Part shown: in pieces, positions 34,401-43,516 of the stretch
Numbering within the stretch: position 1 is the first letter of the stretch
How the letters are laid out: the number at the start of each line of letters is the position of its first letter
Source: Lachnospiraceae bacterium
Lineage (GTDB): Bacteria; Bacillota; Clostridia; Lachnospirales; Lachnospiraceae
Reading direction: 5' to 3'
NCBI GenBank assembly: GCA_030524525.1
Contig: JAUNGI010000002.1
Location: 103,350-167,349, forward strand
DNA: 64,000 nt
Notes under the pieces: generated by a model
What the model saw: only the letters and a program-made list of their open reading frames with translations
What the model was told of the DNA's origin: nothing
Databases searched by the model: none
Translations under genes and position numbers: made by a program

Positions 34401-34989
34401 CATCGAGGACTACCGGACGACGAAGGAGCGCTACGAATTTCTGTGCGGTCAGAAAAACGACATCAAGGCTGCCGAGGAATCCCTCGTCGGCATCATCAAC
34501 GAGCTGGAGGTGCAGATGCGCCGCCAGTTTACCGAGACCTTCGCCGAGGTGCAGCAGCGCTTCAACAAGGTGTTCCGGGAGCTGTTCGGGGGCGGAAAGG
34601 GAACGCTGGAGCTTCAGGAAAGCGAGGACGTGCTGGAGGCGGGCATTCTGATCATCGCGCAGCCGCCGGGAAAGAAGCTGCAGAATATGATGCAGCTGTC
34701 GGGCGGCGAAAAGGCGCTGACCGCGATCTCCCTGCTGTTTGCCATTTTGGATTTGAAACCGTCCCCGTTCTGTCTGCTGGACGAGATCGAAGCGGCTTTG
34801 GACGATTCGAATGTGACCCGCTTCGCACAATATTTGCATAAATTGACAAAGGATACGCAGTTTATCGTCATTACCCACCGGCGCGGAACGATGGCGGCCG
34901 CGGACGCTCTGTACGGGATTACAATGCAGGAAAAGGGCGTATCGACGCTCGTTTCGGTCAGCCTGATCGAACAGGATTTGGACAAGTAA
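31429..34989 (+). CDS. smc: Chromosome partition protein SMC
   Basis: 1,186 aa with Walker A GPNGSGKSN, long coiled coils, a hinge, the signature motif LSGGEKALTAISLLFAI and Walker B FCLLDEIEAALD. Confidence 0.97.
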   Translation: MFLKSIEVHGFKAFANKIRFEFDKGITGIVGPNGSGKSNVADAVRWVLGEQSPKQLRGSSMQDVIFSGTETRKPMGFAYVTLTLDNADHWLPIEYEEVTVGRRVYRSGESEYLINGAVCRLRDIQELFFDTGVGKEGYSIIGQGQIDKILSGKPEERREIFDEAAGITKYKKRKSMAERDLEAERSNLARVTDIVAEIEHQLGPLEKQDEKARIYLKYKEELKHLEVNQFLLEYERSASLKEELESKYKIAADDLAETRQAYEKAKEEYDRLLDQLETHQGELQEARERRAETMLALEKATGEINVIKEQISAIEERSHANASRLSALSETLSERQASLAESEKQREDYERQMSALSEAQNEAENALGEMKAGINELLRQEKECSELRIRCLNDNTELRTELERYNTLLEQQSITRAELNARLLRCKTEADQADVAVKNAEDALKKAADEVLAAADASQATEGRVQKLSEQIKAEEAKKSALQEEIIRDASRLEALQNLSERYDGYGGAVRKCMEQKRRFPGIHGVVAELIEVEPAYETAIETALGGNIQNIITDTTETAKGLIGFLKENHLGRATFLPLSGIRAKKDDFSPALFSKPGVIGVASSLVHGEAIYGEAFRYLLGRFLVVDTIDHAIALEKQNQYSLRIVTLDGELFQPGGSISGGAYKNNSNLLGRRRELEQLQDALAEKRGRLAPLTERIVGLRSERERLRAEREEQKTALQELYVRQNTAKLQLNHVQQETRELLGSRDDIREELRRIEAQLAEGRESAASVRNRIEENERLGSEQEQRIAEVQRELASAREEEDRTSAEAVRVLTEYSGLQQNLQYRKENSSRLTLEIHELQREFDSLTAAGQKNDEEVSERYEQIDRLEEDKKRLTKALSELDERIEATGQLAEEITRQNKGFFETREHLSNRISQLDKEVYRLQSQQEKLVEQLESQTHYMWEEYEITYAVAKEDRDENITNPALTRKEIYEMKGKIRALGDVNVNAIEDYRTTKERYEFLCGQKNDIKAAEESLVGIINELEVQMRRQFTETFAEVQQRFNKVFRELFGGGKGTLELQESEDVLEAGILIIAQPPGKKLQNMMQLSGGEKALTAISLLFAILDLKPSPFCLLDEIEAALDDSNVTRFAQYLHKLTKDTQFIVITHRRGTMAAADALYGITMQEKGVSTLVSVSLIEQDLDK

Positions 34990-35004
34990 GGAGGGTGCGG
35001 ACAT

Positions 35005-35934
35005 ATGAGTGAAAAGAAAGGCTTTTTCGCCCGTTTGAAGGAGGGCATGAGCAAGACCCGAAACAGTCTGGCAAGCGGATTGGACTCGCTGTTTCACGGA
35101 TTTTCCAAGATCGACGAGGAGTTTTATGAGGAGCTGGAGGAGCTTTTGATTATGGCGGATATCGGCGTGGGGACGACCGCCGAAATTCTGGAACAGCTTC
35201 GGCAGAAGGTAAAGGAGCAGCATGTTAAGGAGCCGGAGGAGTGCCGTCGGCTGCTGATGGACACCATTAAGGAGCAGATGACGACGCCCGAGGACGCGTA
35301 CCGGTTTACGGAGGAGCGCTCCGTGGTGCTTGTGATCGGCGTCAACGGCGTCGGCAAGACGACGACCATCGGAAAGCTGGCGGGACTTCTTCACCGCGAC
35401 GGCAAGAAGGTTTTGATGGCTGCCGCCGATACGTTCCGGGCGGCGGCGACGGAACAGCTTACGGAATGGTCGAACCGGGCCGGCTGCGACATTATCGCCG
35501 CCAAGGAGGGCGCCGATCCGGCGGCGGTGGTCTATGACGCGCTGCAGGCGGCGAAGGCAAGAAATACCGACGTTCTGCTCTGCGATACGGCAGGGCGGCT
35601 CCACAATAAGAAAAACCTGATGGAGGAGCTGGGCAAAATCAGCCGTGTGATCGACCGGGAATACCCCGAAGCGCTGCGCGAGACGCTTGTGGTGCTTGAC
35701 GGAACGACCGGGCAGAACGCGCTCGTTCAGGCAAAGCAGTTCAACGAAATGGCAAAGATCACGGGTATCGTCATTACCAAGCTCGACGGCACCGCAAAGG
35801 GCGGGATCGCGATCGCCATTCAGCGCGAGCTGGGCATCCCGGTAAAGTATATTGGCGTCGGCGAGGGCATGGAGGATATGCAGCGGTTTGACGCGGACGC
35901 GTTTGTGGAGGCGCTGTTTGCCCGCGAGGAGTAG
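35005..35934 (+). CDS. ftsY: Signal recognition particle receptor
   Basis: The SRP GTPase motifs [22 protein letters not shown] and [10 protein letters not shown] are present. Confidence 0.95.
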   Translation: MSEKKGFFARLKEGMSKTRNSLASGLDSLFHGFSKIDEEFYEELEELLIMADIGVGTTAEILEQLRQKVKEQHVKEPEECRRLLMDTIKEQMTTPEDAYRFTEERSVVLVIGVNGVGKTTTIGKLAGLLHRDGKKVLMAAADTFRAAATEQLTEWSNRAGCDIIAAKEGADPAAVVYDALQAAKARNTDVLLCDTAGRLHNKKNLMEELGKISRVIDREYPEALRETLVVLDGTTGQNALVQAKQFNEMAKITGIVITKLDGTAKGGIAIAIQRELGIPVKYIGVGEGMEDMQRFDADAFVEALFAREE

Positions 35935-35984
35935 GCGGCTTTGGTCGCCCGGCGGCGCGTGCAGAGTCGTTGGTCAGGCTGCAC

Positions 35985-36037
35985 AAAAAAACGGCGCATT
36001 TTTTCCGCATCATGCCGAAGCGCTCTGCCGTTTTTTT
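35985..36037 (+). terminator. Possible terminator after ftsY
   Basis: AAAAAAACGGC ... GCCGTTTTTTT arms flank a ~31-nt structured loop. The stem is weak and the loop long. Confidence 0.35.
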
Positions 36038-36186
36038 CGTGAGCGTTCGGTAAAATGCGGTAGGAGGCGGCGGAAATTCGGCTGTTTTGCGCATTGCCGC
36101 AGGGAGGAAAGTCGGATAAACTGAAAATGATCGGACGGCGGAGGCGAAAAACGTTGGGCAAAACGACGGAAACGATCAGAAAGCGG

Positions 36187-36215
36187 TTGACAAAGCGGAA
36201 GAAACAAGGTATTAT
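36187..36215 (+). promoter_or_regulatory. SigA-type promoter of recA
   Basis: TTGACA (36187-36192), a 17-bp spacer, then TATTAT (36210-36215). Confidence 0.7.
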
Positions 36216-36224
36216 GATTAAAAC

Positions 36225-36238
36225 AGAACAAATGTTCG
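36225..36238 (+). promoter_or_regulatory. LexA operator (Gram-positive SOS/Cheo box)
   Basis: AGAACAAATGTTCG fits GAAC-N4-GTTC. It lies 10 nt downstream of the -10 element and 22 nt upstream of the recA ATG. Confidence 0.8.
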
Positions 36239-36259
36239 CGCTGGAAAGGAAAGGGTAAA

Positions 36260-37318
36260 ATGGCTTCGGAGGATAAGAAAAAAGAAGATAAAAAGGAAGA
36301 TAAGAAAAAAGCGTTGGAGTCGGCTTTGGCTCAGATTGAAAAATCATACGGGAAGGGCTCGGTCATGAAGCTGGGAGAGACCGGCGCGCGCATGAACATC
36401 GAATCGGTTCCGAGCGGTTCCCTGAGCTTGGATATCGCGCTTGGGATCGGCGGCTTTCCGAGAGGCCGCGTCGTGGAAATCTACGGTCCGGAGTCGAGCG
36501 GCAAGACGACCGTTGCGCTGCACGCGGTAGCGGAGGTGCAGAAGCGCGGCGGGATCGCCGGCTTTATCGACGCGGAGCATGCGTTGGATCCGGTCTATGC
36601 CCAGAACATCGGGGTGGATATCGACAATCTGTATATTTCTCAGCCCGACAACGGCGAGCAGGCGCTGGAGATCACGGAGACGCTCGTTCGTTCCGGGGCG
36701 GTGGACATTGTGATCGTGGACTCGGTTGCGGCGCTCGTCCCCAAGGCGGAGATCGACGGCGAGATGGGCGATTCCCATGTGGGACTCCATGCCCGGCTGA
36801 TGTCGCAGGCGCTTCGGAAGCTGACCGGTATTATCAGCCGTTCCAACTGTATCGTCATTTTTATCAACCAGCTGCGCGAAAAGGTGGGCGTTATGTTCGG
36901 CAATCCGGAGACGACGACCGGCGGCCGGGCTTTGAAATTTTATTCTTCGGTGCGTTTGGACGTGCGTCGGATCGACGCGCTGAAGGTCAGCGGGGAAACG
37001 ATCGGAAACCGCACCCGCGTGCGCGTCGTAAAGAACAAGGTCGCTCCGCCGTTTAAGGAAGCCGAGTTCGACATTATGTTCGGACAGGGCATTTCCCGTA
37101 CCGGCGATATTCTCGATCTGGCTGCGGAGTGCAACGTCGTCAACAAGAGCGGCGCATGGTTCGCCTATGGCGGTGAGAAGATCGGTCAGGGCAGGGAAAA
37201 CGCCAAGAACTATCTGAAGGAGCATCCGGACGTTATGGAGGAGATCGAGCAGAAGGTTCGGGATTATTATAGTCTGGGCGGCGCTGTGGAGCCGACGGAG
37301 AGCCCGGAGGAAACGTAA
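36260..37318 (+). CDS. recA: Recombinase A
   Basis: It has Walker [10 protein letters not shown] and the motif [28 protein letters not shown]. Confidence 0.98.
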   Translation: MASEDKKKEDKKEDKKKALESALAQIEKSYGKGSVMKLGETGARMNIESVPSGSLSLDIALGIGGFPRGRVVEIYGPESSGKTTVALHAVAEVQKRGGIAGFIDAEHALDPVYAQNIGVDIDNLYISQPDNGEQALEITETLVRSGAVDIVIVDSVAALVPKAEIDGEMGDSHVGLHARLMSQALRKLTGIISRSNCIVIFINQLREKVGVMFGNPETTTGGRALKFYSSVRLDVRRIDALKVSGETIGNRTRVRVVKNKVAPPFKEAEFDIMFGQGISRTGDILDLAAECNVVNKSGAWFAYGGEKIGQGRENAKNYLKEHPDVMEEIEQKVRDYYSLGGAVEPTESPEET

Positions 37319-37421
37319 GCGTCTTAGCGCTTGCAGCCGAGAATCTGCGCGTTTTGGCGCATCCCCATGTTTCATCGGCGGCATAGCTTTGCGGATCGAT
37401 CTGCTCCGCGTGGAGGTACTC

Positions 37422-38078
37422 ATGAAAATTACGGCGATCGTACCGGACGGGAAGACGAAAAGCAAAATTTATCTGGACGGGGAATATGCCGGGTTTCTTT
37501 GGAACCGTGAGCTTGCGGGCAGCAGCCTGACGGAGGAGCGGGAGCTGACGGACGCCGAATGGCGGGATCTGGTGGAAACGGCAATTCTGCCCAGAGGAAG
37601 AAAAAAGGCGCTGGATCTGCTGCTGGTACAGGAGCGGAGCCGGAAGGAGCTGGAGGACAAGCTGCTGGCTTCGGGGTATACCTCGGAACAGACGAACTGC
37701 GTTATGCAGTATGTGGAGCAGTTCCCCTATCTGGACGACGTGCGCTATGCCCTGCATTATTTTTGCGGCGCCGGAAAGCGCAAGAGCTTCCGGCAGATGC
37801 AGTATGAGCTTCGCGGAAAAGGCGTCTCCGAGCGGGATATTTCCGAGGCATACGAACGCTATTTGATGCAGCAGCAGGAGGAGCAGGAAGGAGCAGAACC
37901 GCAGGAAGAACCCTACGAACGGCGCGACGCGGAAAAAGCCGCGATCCGCAGGCAGGTGGAAAAAAAGTTTCGGAATTGCTGCCCGGAGGCGGAGGATTGG
38001 GAACGGCTGTATGCAAGCTTGGCGAGAAAGGGCTTCCGGGGAGAGGATATTTTAGAGGTTTTTCGGGAGTACCGGTAG
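37422..38078 (+). CDS. recX: Recombination regulator RecX
   Basis: It lies immediately downstream of recA. The sequence begins MKITAIVPDGKTKSKIYLDGEY and contains helical repeats (RSRKELEDKLLASGY, SFRQMQYELRGKGV). The ATG at 37422 follows a GGAGG RBS. Confidence 0.85.
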   Translation: MKITAIVPDGKTKSKIYLDGEYAGFLWNRELAGSSLTEERELTDAEWRDLVETAILPRGRKKALDLLLVQERSRKELEDKLLASGYTSEQTNCVMQYVEQFPYLDDVRYALHYFCGAGKRKSFRQMQYELRGKGVSERDISEAYERYLMQQQEEQEGAEPQEEPYERRDAEKAAIRRQVEKKFRNCCPEAEDWERLYASLARKGFRGEDILEVFREYR

Positions 38079-38098
38079 AAAATGGAATAGGAAATCGG

Positions 38099-38147
38099 AA
38101 CGTGCGTTTTGAGGATAAAAATTGTCTGAAAAACGCACGTTTTATTT
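38099..38147 (+). terminator. Rho-independent terminator after recX
   Basis: AACGTGCGTTTT-(19-nt loop)-AAAACGCACGTT forms a perfect 12-bp stem followed by TTATTT. Confidence 0.7.
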
Positions 38148-38286
38148 GCTTTTGGAAGGCGGACTTTTCGAAGCTTCAAAAGATATTGACGAATATGCGA
38201 AAAACATGTAGTGTATAGGTAAAAGCAAGAGATTTATGCAGAAATCTGCACAAGAAACTAACCTCAGAGGAAGGGAGGCTCCGAAA

Positions 38287-39504
38287 ATGGCGAAAAAACA
38301 CACTGACCTCGGCTCGTCCGCACCGGAAAAAAAGTCACGGAAGCGTCGTTGGATCCGGTACGTTCTGCTTGTTGACGGTCTTGTGCTTCTTGGCGTGGTT
38401 GCTGCGATCGTGGCGTTTTGGCTTGCGCCGGAAAACGGAACTACGGAAAATTGCCCGGTGATCAAGCTGTCCAGCGACGGCAGGTTGTTGTTTTTTGCCG
38501 ATGTTGAGACGGGAGAAAAAACCTATTCCTACGACCCGGAAACACATGAGGTGGCGGAGGTGCTTGACGAGGCGGTCTCGCTCTGCCGGATCCGGGAGGA
38601 TTTCGTCTTTTACAGCGGGCGGGAGGGTCTGTTCCTGCTGGATCGGGAATCCGGACAGAAAAAGCTGCTCTTGCCGTACGGACGGGAGAAGAGGGAAGGC
38701 GCTGCGGAACTGAACGGAGAGGCGCTTTTGGATACGCCCGTAACGGAGGGATGCTCCGATTTCTGTGAGGAAAACGGGCTTCTGTGCTTTGTCTACCGCG
38801 CTTCCAGACGGCTGCAAACCGACGAGCATACGGTTGTGGGAGAGGAGCAGTGGATCACGCTATACTCTTATGATATCAAAAACGGGCGGCTGAGCGCCGT
38901 CAAAAGCGATTACAAAAGAAAAAATAATCTTGCCGGGAGCGTTTCGTCCAACGGGTTGTTTTATCACGGTCTGAGGCTGATCGGCGGAAAGCTTTATTAT
39001 CAAACGGGAAACGACGTCCTTCGCCTTTCTCTGGACGGTAAGGAGACGGAACGGGTCTATCGCGCGGAAGGAATATCCGGAAACGTATATTGGAACGACG
39101 ACTTCTTTTATTCCGTGGAGCAGGACACGAGTTTGTTTGCCCGCAAGATTTCGCTGGATGGGGAGACGCTCTCCTCTTGGAAGCTGGAAGACGGGGCGGA
39201 GGTTCCCTTTCAGCGTTCCGAGCCATATTACGACCCGACCTCGGATCTTTTTTATGCGTATTATGATAGGACGCTGCTCGGCTTTTCTTTGGAGGAGCCC
39301 AAGGCTTATACGGTAAAAGCGGAGCTTACGACGGAGGAGCGTTATTCCGAGGCGGAACTCCTTGTGCTCGGCGACCGCGTTTATATCGCCCTCTTTCCGG
39401 TGAACGGACGCGTTCGGAACACAAAGGATTATGTGATCGTCGAAGTGAACCAAAAGAATGAGGCTGTCACGGTGATCAAAAACGGAAAGCCGGTTTCCCG
39501 ATAA
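38287..39504 (+). CDS. Hypothetical membrane-anchored protein with a probable beta-propeller-like ectodomain
   Basis: The ATG at 38287 follows a GGGAGG RBS. A basic tail and one TM helix (WIRYVLLVDGLVLLGVVAAIVAFWLA) precede about 8 recurring strands rich in aromatic residues (LLFFAD, FVFYSG, ITLYSYD, KLYYQTG, FFYSVEQ, LFYAYYD). I do not recognise a family with confidence. Confidence 0.6.
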   Translation: MAKKHTDLGSSAPEKKSRKRRWIRYVLLVDGLVLLGVVAAIVAFWLAPENGTTENCPVIKLSSDGRLLFFADVETGEKTYSYDPETHEVAEVLDEAVSLCRIREDFVFYSGREGLFLLDRESGQKKLLLPYGREKREGAAELNGEALLDTPVTEGCSDFCEENGLLCFVYRASRRLQTDEHTVVGEEQWITLYSYDIKNGRLSAVKSDYKRKNNLAGSVSSNGLFYHGLRLIGGKLYYQTGNDVLRLSLDGKETERVYRAEGISGNVYWNDDFFYSVEQDTSLFARKISLDGETLSSWKLEDGAEVPFQRSEPYYDPTSDLFYAYYDRTLLGFSLEEPKAYTVKAELTTEERYSEAELLVLGDRVYIALFPVNGRVRNTKDYVIVEVNQKNEAVTVIKNGKPVSR

Positions 39505-39530
39505 AGGAAACCGGCTTTGCCTCTTTTTTT
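39486..39530 (+). terminator. Rho-independent terminator
   Basis: AAAGCCGGTTTCC-cgataaa-GGAAACCGGCTTT forms a perfect 13-bp stem spanning the stop codon, followed by gcctcTTTTTTT. Confidence 0.8.
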
Positions 39531-39551
39531 CCTTTTTTGGTAATTTTTCGA

Positions 39552-39580
39552 TTGCATTTCCGGCACTGCGCGGATATAAT
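39552..39580 (+). promoter_or_regulatory. SigA-type promoter of the decarboxylase operon
   Basis: TTGCAT (39552-39557), a 17-bp spacer, then TATAAT (39575-39580). Confidence 0.7.
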
Positions 39581-39637
39581 GATAATCGGTGTAAATTGGT
39601 CACATTTATATGAATTTATGATAACGGAGGGCTGAAC

Positions 39638-41065
39638 ATGAGTAGTACAGCAAAATTGTCGGCAAAGGATCGAATTTACACTTTGCTTGACGACAATAGT
39701 TTTGTTGAGATCGGTGCGCTTGTCACCAAAAGAAGCACGGATTTCAATTTGCAGCAGGTAGAGACTCCGGGAGATGGCGTAGTAACGGGCTATGGCGTTA
39801 TTGACGGCAGCCTTGTGTACGTTTACAGTCAGGATGCGGCTTCGCTTCACGGTACCATGGGCGAGATGCATGCGAAGAAGATCACCAATCTCTATCGGCT
39901 GGCAATGAAGACCGGTGCGCCCGTCATTGGACTGGTGGACTGTGCCGGACTTCGCCTTCAGGAAGCGACGGATGCGCTTGAGGCTTTTGGACAGGTTTAT
40001 CACTGTCAGGCAATGGCGTCCGGGATCGTACCGCAGATCACCGCGGTTCTCGGTACCTGCGGCGGAGGTATGGCGGTGCTTGCGTCCATGAGCGATTTTG
40101 TTTTTATGGAAGAAAAGAACGGCAAGCTGTTTGTCAATACGCCCAACGCGATCGAGGGAAATAACATAAACAAATGCGACACGGCGGCGGCGTCCTTTAT
40201 GGCGGAAGGCGGCAGTGTGGATTTTGTATATCCGGACGAGGTCGCTTTGCTGAACGGGATTCGGGAGCTGGTTGCTGTGCTGCCTGCGAATAATGAGGCT
40301 GAGGCTGCGGACGAGCTTTGCTCGGACGATCTGAACCGGACGCTGCCGGCGTTCTCGGCGGAGATCGAGGACTGCACGCAGGCGATCCGCGATCTGTCCG
40401 ACAACGGTCTGTTTGTAGAGACCAAGGCGGCTTACGCCAAGGAAATGGTTACCGGCTTTATCAAGCTGAACGGCGCGACCGTGGGCGTGATCGCAAACCG
40501 GAGCCAGATTCAGGACGAAAAGGGCAAGGCGGTTGCCAAGTTCGATTCGGTGCTGACGACGAAGGGCTGCTATAAGGCGGAGAAAATGGTGGAATTCTGC
40601 GACGCCTTCGGCATTCCGGTGCTGACGCTGACAAACGTAACCGGCTATTCCGCCGATAAGGGCGAGGCAAAGGGTATTGCCACGGCGGCGGCAAAGCTGA
40701 CGTACGCGTTTGCGAACGCTACGGTTCCGAAAATCAATCTCGTTACCGGAAAGGCCTACGGAAGCGCTTATATTACCATGAACTCGAAATCCGTCGGCGC
40801 GGATCTGGTCTATGCTTTGGAGGGCGCCCAGATCGGTACGATGGACGCATCCCTTGCGGCTCAGATCATCTATGGGGACGACGCGACGGCAGAGAAGGCG
40901 GAGGAGTATCGCGCGCTCTGTTTGAATGCGGCAAGCGCGGCAAAGAGAGGCTATGTGGACGCGATCATTACGGGCGAGGAGGCAAGAGCGCAGCTGATCT
41001 ATGCCTATGAAATGCTCTGCACGAAGAAGGAAAGCCGTCCCGGCAAAAAGCACGGTACGATTTAG
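39638..41065 (+). CDS. Acyl-CoA carboxyltransferase (MmdA/PccB/12S family; alpha subunit of a biotin-dependent decarboxylase or transcarboxylase)
   Basis: 475 aa. It has the carboxyl_trans N-domain GVVTGYGVIDGSLVYVYSQDAASLHGTMGEMHAKKI and C-domain GFIKLNGATVGVIANR ... KAEKMVEFCDAFGIPVLTLTNVTGY. Confidence 0.85.
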   Translation: MSSTAKLSAKDRIYTLLDDNSFVEIGALVTKRSTDFNLQQVETPGDGVVTGYGVIDGSLVYVYSQDAASLHGTMGEMHAKKITNLYRLAMKTGAPVIGLVDCAGLRLQEATDALEAFGQVYHCQAMASGIVPQITAVLGTCGGGMAVLASMSDFVFMEEKNGKLFVNTPNAIEGNNINKCDTAAASFMAEGGSVDFVYPDEVALLNGIRELVAVLPANNEAEAADELCSDDLNRTLPAFSAEIEDCTQAIRDLSDNGLFVETKAAYAKEMVTGFIKLNGATVGVIANRSQIQDEKGKAVAKFDSVLTTKGCYKAEKMVEFCDAFGIPVLTLTNVTGYSADKGEAKGIATAAAKLTYAFANATVPKINLVTGKAYGSAYITMNSKSVGADLVYALEGAQIGTMDASLAAQIIYGDDATAEKAEEYRALCLNAASAAKRGYVDAIITGEEARAQLIYAYEMLCTKKESRPGKKHGTI

Positions 41066-41080
41066 GAAATGGAGATAAGA

Positions 41081-41221
41081 GTGAAAAACGCAGCGACATG
41101 CGGGTTTCACCCTCGGATGTTTGTGGCGGAGCACAAACGTCTTGTGATCGCAGCCGAGAGCTTTGGCATTTCGGCGCGAGGCTTCGCAAATAAATTTGCT
41201 CCGCTCTGGAGGAAAAGATGA
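41081..41221 (+). CDS. Candidate small ORF (46 aa), possibly a small decarboxylase subunit
   Basis: The GTG at 41081 lies 6 nt after GGAGA. The TGA stop overlaps the ATG of the next gene (ATGA). Translation: VKNAATCGFHPRMFVAEHKRLVIAAESFGISARGFANKFAPLWRKR. No homology is recognised. Confidence 0.35.
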   Translation: MKNAATCGFHPRMFVAEHKRLVIAAESFGISARGFANKFAPLWRKR

Positions 41222-41562
41222 ACCTAGTTTTTGCGGTATCAAAGGATGTCTTGGTTCGGGCCGGACAGAATACGCTGATGGGAATTGCCATCGTATTCCT
41301 GATGCTTTTGCTTATCAGCTTCCTGATCTCTCTTTTTAAGTATATCGGAAAGCTGAGTGAAAAAAAGGAAAGCGTACCGGAAGCGGCGGCGTCTCCCGCG
41401 GCAGAGGCTGTTCCGGAGGAAACCGACGACTTGGAGCTGATCGCGGTCATTACGGCGGCGATCCACGCTTACGAGCAGGCGCAGGGAAACGATATTCCCG
41501 CCGATGCGCTGGTTGTCCGTTCTATTAAGAAAATTCATAAATCAAAATGGCAGAATGCCTAA
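41218..41562 (+). CDS. OadG/MmdD-family small membrane subunit of a Na+-translocating decarboxylase
   Basis: 114 aa with a single N-terminal TM helix (LMGIAIVFLMLLLISFLISLF), an Ala/Pro/Glu linker, then LIAVITAAIHAY, typical of the OadG family. Confidence 0.8.
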   Translation: MNLVFAVSKDVLVRAGQNTLMGIAIVFLMLLLISFLISLFKYIGKLSEKKESVPEAAASPAAEAVPEETDDLELIAVITAAIHAYEQAQGNDIPADALVVRSIKKIHKSKWQNA

Positions 41563-41577
41563 TTTAGGAGGAAGAAC

Positions 41578-41940
41578 ATGAAAAATTATACGATTACGGT
41601 AAATGGAAACGTTTATGAGGTATGTGTGGAGGAGGGTGCAGGCGCGCCGGCAGCTTCCGCGTCGGCAGCCGCTCCGAAGGCGGCGCCGAAGTCTGCTCCG
41701 AAGGCAGCCGCACCGGCGGGCGCACAGGGCGCCGTAAAGGTATCGGCTCCGATGCCCGGTAAGATCCTCAAGGTAGTGGCTTCCGCAGGCGCTGCCGTTA
41801 AGAAGGGTGATGTCCTTGTTGTTCTTGAGGCAATGAAGATGGAAAACGATATTGTTGCACCACAGGATGGTACGGTTGTCAGCATCAATGTTGCTGTAGG
41901 ACAGAGCGTAGAACCCGGTGAAGTACTTGCAACAATGTAA
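41578..41940 (+). CDS. Biotin carboxyl carrier protein (1.3S/MmdC-like)
   Basis: 120 aa with an Ala/Pro linker and the biotinyl-lysine motif VLEAMKMEN. Confidence 0.9.
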   Translation: MKNYTITVNGNVYEVCVEEGAGAPAASASAAAPKAAPKSAPKAAAPAGAQGAVKVSAPMPGKILKVVASAGAAVKKGDVLVVLEAMKMENDIVAPQDGTVVSINVAVGQSVEPGEVLATM

Positions 41941-41985
41941 GAAACACAAAATTGTTGAAACTATGAACCGGGAGGGAAACGCAAC

Positions 41986-43431
41986 ATGAGTTATATTGTT
42001 GATACTTTATCAAACCTTTTGAAAAGTACTGCATTTGCATCTCTGTCATGGGGCAATCTCCTGATGATATGCGTTGCATTATTTTTCCTGTATCTTGCAG
42101 TTGCCAAAGGCTATGAACCGCTTTTGCTCGTTCCCATCTCGTTCGGTATGCTGCTGGTGAATATGTACCCCAGCATTATGGCGGAGCCGATCGCGTGCGT
42201 GGAGACCTACTACGACACGGAAAACGAGAAGATTTTTACGATCAAAGACGGCGTGATCTCCTTTGACAAATACGAATTAAAGGAGCTTACGGTTGCCTAT
42301 ACCTGTAAAGACAAAGAGGTAGAGGTGCCGAGAAATCTGGAGGAAGCCTATAACACGCTCAACGAGAAATATTATATGGACGAGGTTCATGTGGCTTTCA
42401 CGCTGACCGAGACCGGAGAAGAAATCGTCAGCTACGATATCTGCGAAGGCAAGGAGTCCAATTTCAGCGTAAAGGATTTTGGAAGACGCGAGGAAACGTC
42501 GCAGGCAGGAGGCATTCTGCACTATTTCTTCCAGTTGGACGAGTGGTCGATCCTGCCGTGCCTGATCTTCATGGGCGTCGGCGCCATGACGGACTTTGGC
42601 CCGCTGATCGCCAACCCCAAGAGCTTCCTTTTGGGAGCGGCGGCGCAGCTCGGTATTTTTGCCGCATATCTGGCGGCGATCTTCCTTGGCTTTAACGACA
42701 AGGCGGCAGCGGCGATCTCGATCATCGGCGGCGCCGACGGACCGACCTCGATCTTCCTTGCGGGAAAGCTGGGACAGACCGAGTATATGGGAGCGATCGC
42801 GGTAGCGGCGTACTCTTACATGTCGCTCGTGCCGATCATTCAGCCGCCGATCATGAAGCTTTTGACGACGAAGGAAGAACGCGCCATTAAGATGGAACAG
42901 CTTCGTCCGGTTTCCAAGCTGGAGAAGATCCTCTTCCCGATCATTGTAACGATCGTCGTCGTAGCCGTGCTTCCGGATACGGCCCCGCTGATCGGCTGTC
43001 TGATGCTCGGCAACCTGTTCCGGGAATCCGGCGTTGTTCGCCAGCTTCAGGAGACCGCATCCAACGCGATGATGTATATCGTCGTTATCCTGCTCGGCAC
43101 GTCGGTGGGCGCTACGACAAGCGCGGAGGCGTTCCTGAAGGTTGACACGCTGAAGATCGTTGCATTGGGTCTGATCGCCTTTGCGATCGGAACCGCGGGC
43201 GGCGTTCTCTTAGGAAAGCTGATGTGCAAGCTGACCGGCGGCAAGATCAATCCGCTGATCGGTTCGGCGGGCGTATCGGCGGTGCCGATGGCGGCGCGGG
43301 TATCGCAGAAGGTGGGCTCCGAGGCGGACCCGACCAACTTCCTGCTGATGCACGCAATGGGTCCGAACGTGGCAGGCGTTATCGGAACGGCGGTTGCTGC
43401 CGGCGTATTCATGGCAGTATTCGGCGTATAA
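41986..43431 (+). CDS. Na+-translocating decarboxylase beta subunit (OadB/MmdB/GcdB family)
   Basis: The motifs GVGAMTDFGPLIANP, IIGGADGPTSIF, SAGVSAVPMAARV and LLMHAMGPNVAGVIG are present. A long hydrophilic loop follows TM helix 2. Confidence 0.92.
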   Translation: MSYIVDTLSNLLKSTAFASLSWGNLLMICVALFFLYLAVAKGYEPLLLVPISFGMLLVNMYPSIMAEPIACVETYYDTENEKIFTIKDGVISFDKYELKELTVAYTCKDKEVEVPRNLEEAYNTLNEKYYMDEVHVAFTLTETGEEIVSYDICEGKESNFSVKDFGRREETSQAGGILHYFFQLDEWSILPCLIFMGVGAMTDFGPLIANPKSFLLGAAAQLGIFAAYLAAIFLGFNDKAAAAISIIGGADGPTSIFLAGKLGQTEYMGAIAVAAYSYMSLVPIIQPPIMKLLTTKEERAIKMEQLRPVSKLEKILFPIIVTIVVVAVLPDTAPLIGCLMLGNLFRESGVVRQLQETASNAMMYIVVILLGTSVGATTSAEAFLKVDTLKIVALGLIAFAIGTAGGVLLGKLMCKLTGGKINPLIGSAGVSAVPMAARVSQKVGSEADPTNFLLMHAMGPNVAGVIGTAVAAGVFMAVFGV

Positions 43432-43446
43432 ATTTCCTTTGTTCGG

Positions 43447-43479
43447 GGTTTGTGTGATAGGCGCCGCTTGACACAAACC
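43447..43479 (+). other. Intercistronic stem-loop
   Basis: GGTTTGTGT-(15-nt loop)-ACACAAACC forms a perfect 9-bp stem with no T-tract. The loop segment GCCGCTT can alternatively pair with AAGCGGT at 43490-43497. Confidence 0.4.
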
Positions 43480-43516
43480 GGCAAAAAGAGAAGCGGTGCA
43501 GAAAAGAGGTTATAAC

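Noticed and set aside
31435-35604. 786-aa and 594-aa minus-strand ORFs opposite smc and ftsY
   Set aside because: They are antisense to unambiguous SMC and FtsY genes, and their translations are Leu/Arg/Gln-rich and low-complexity.
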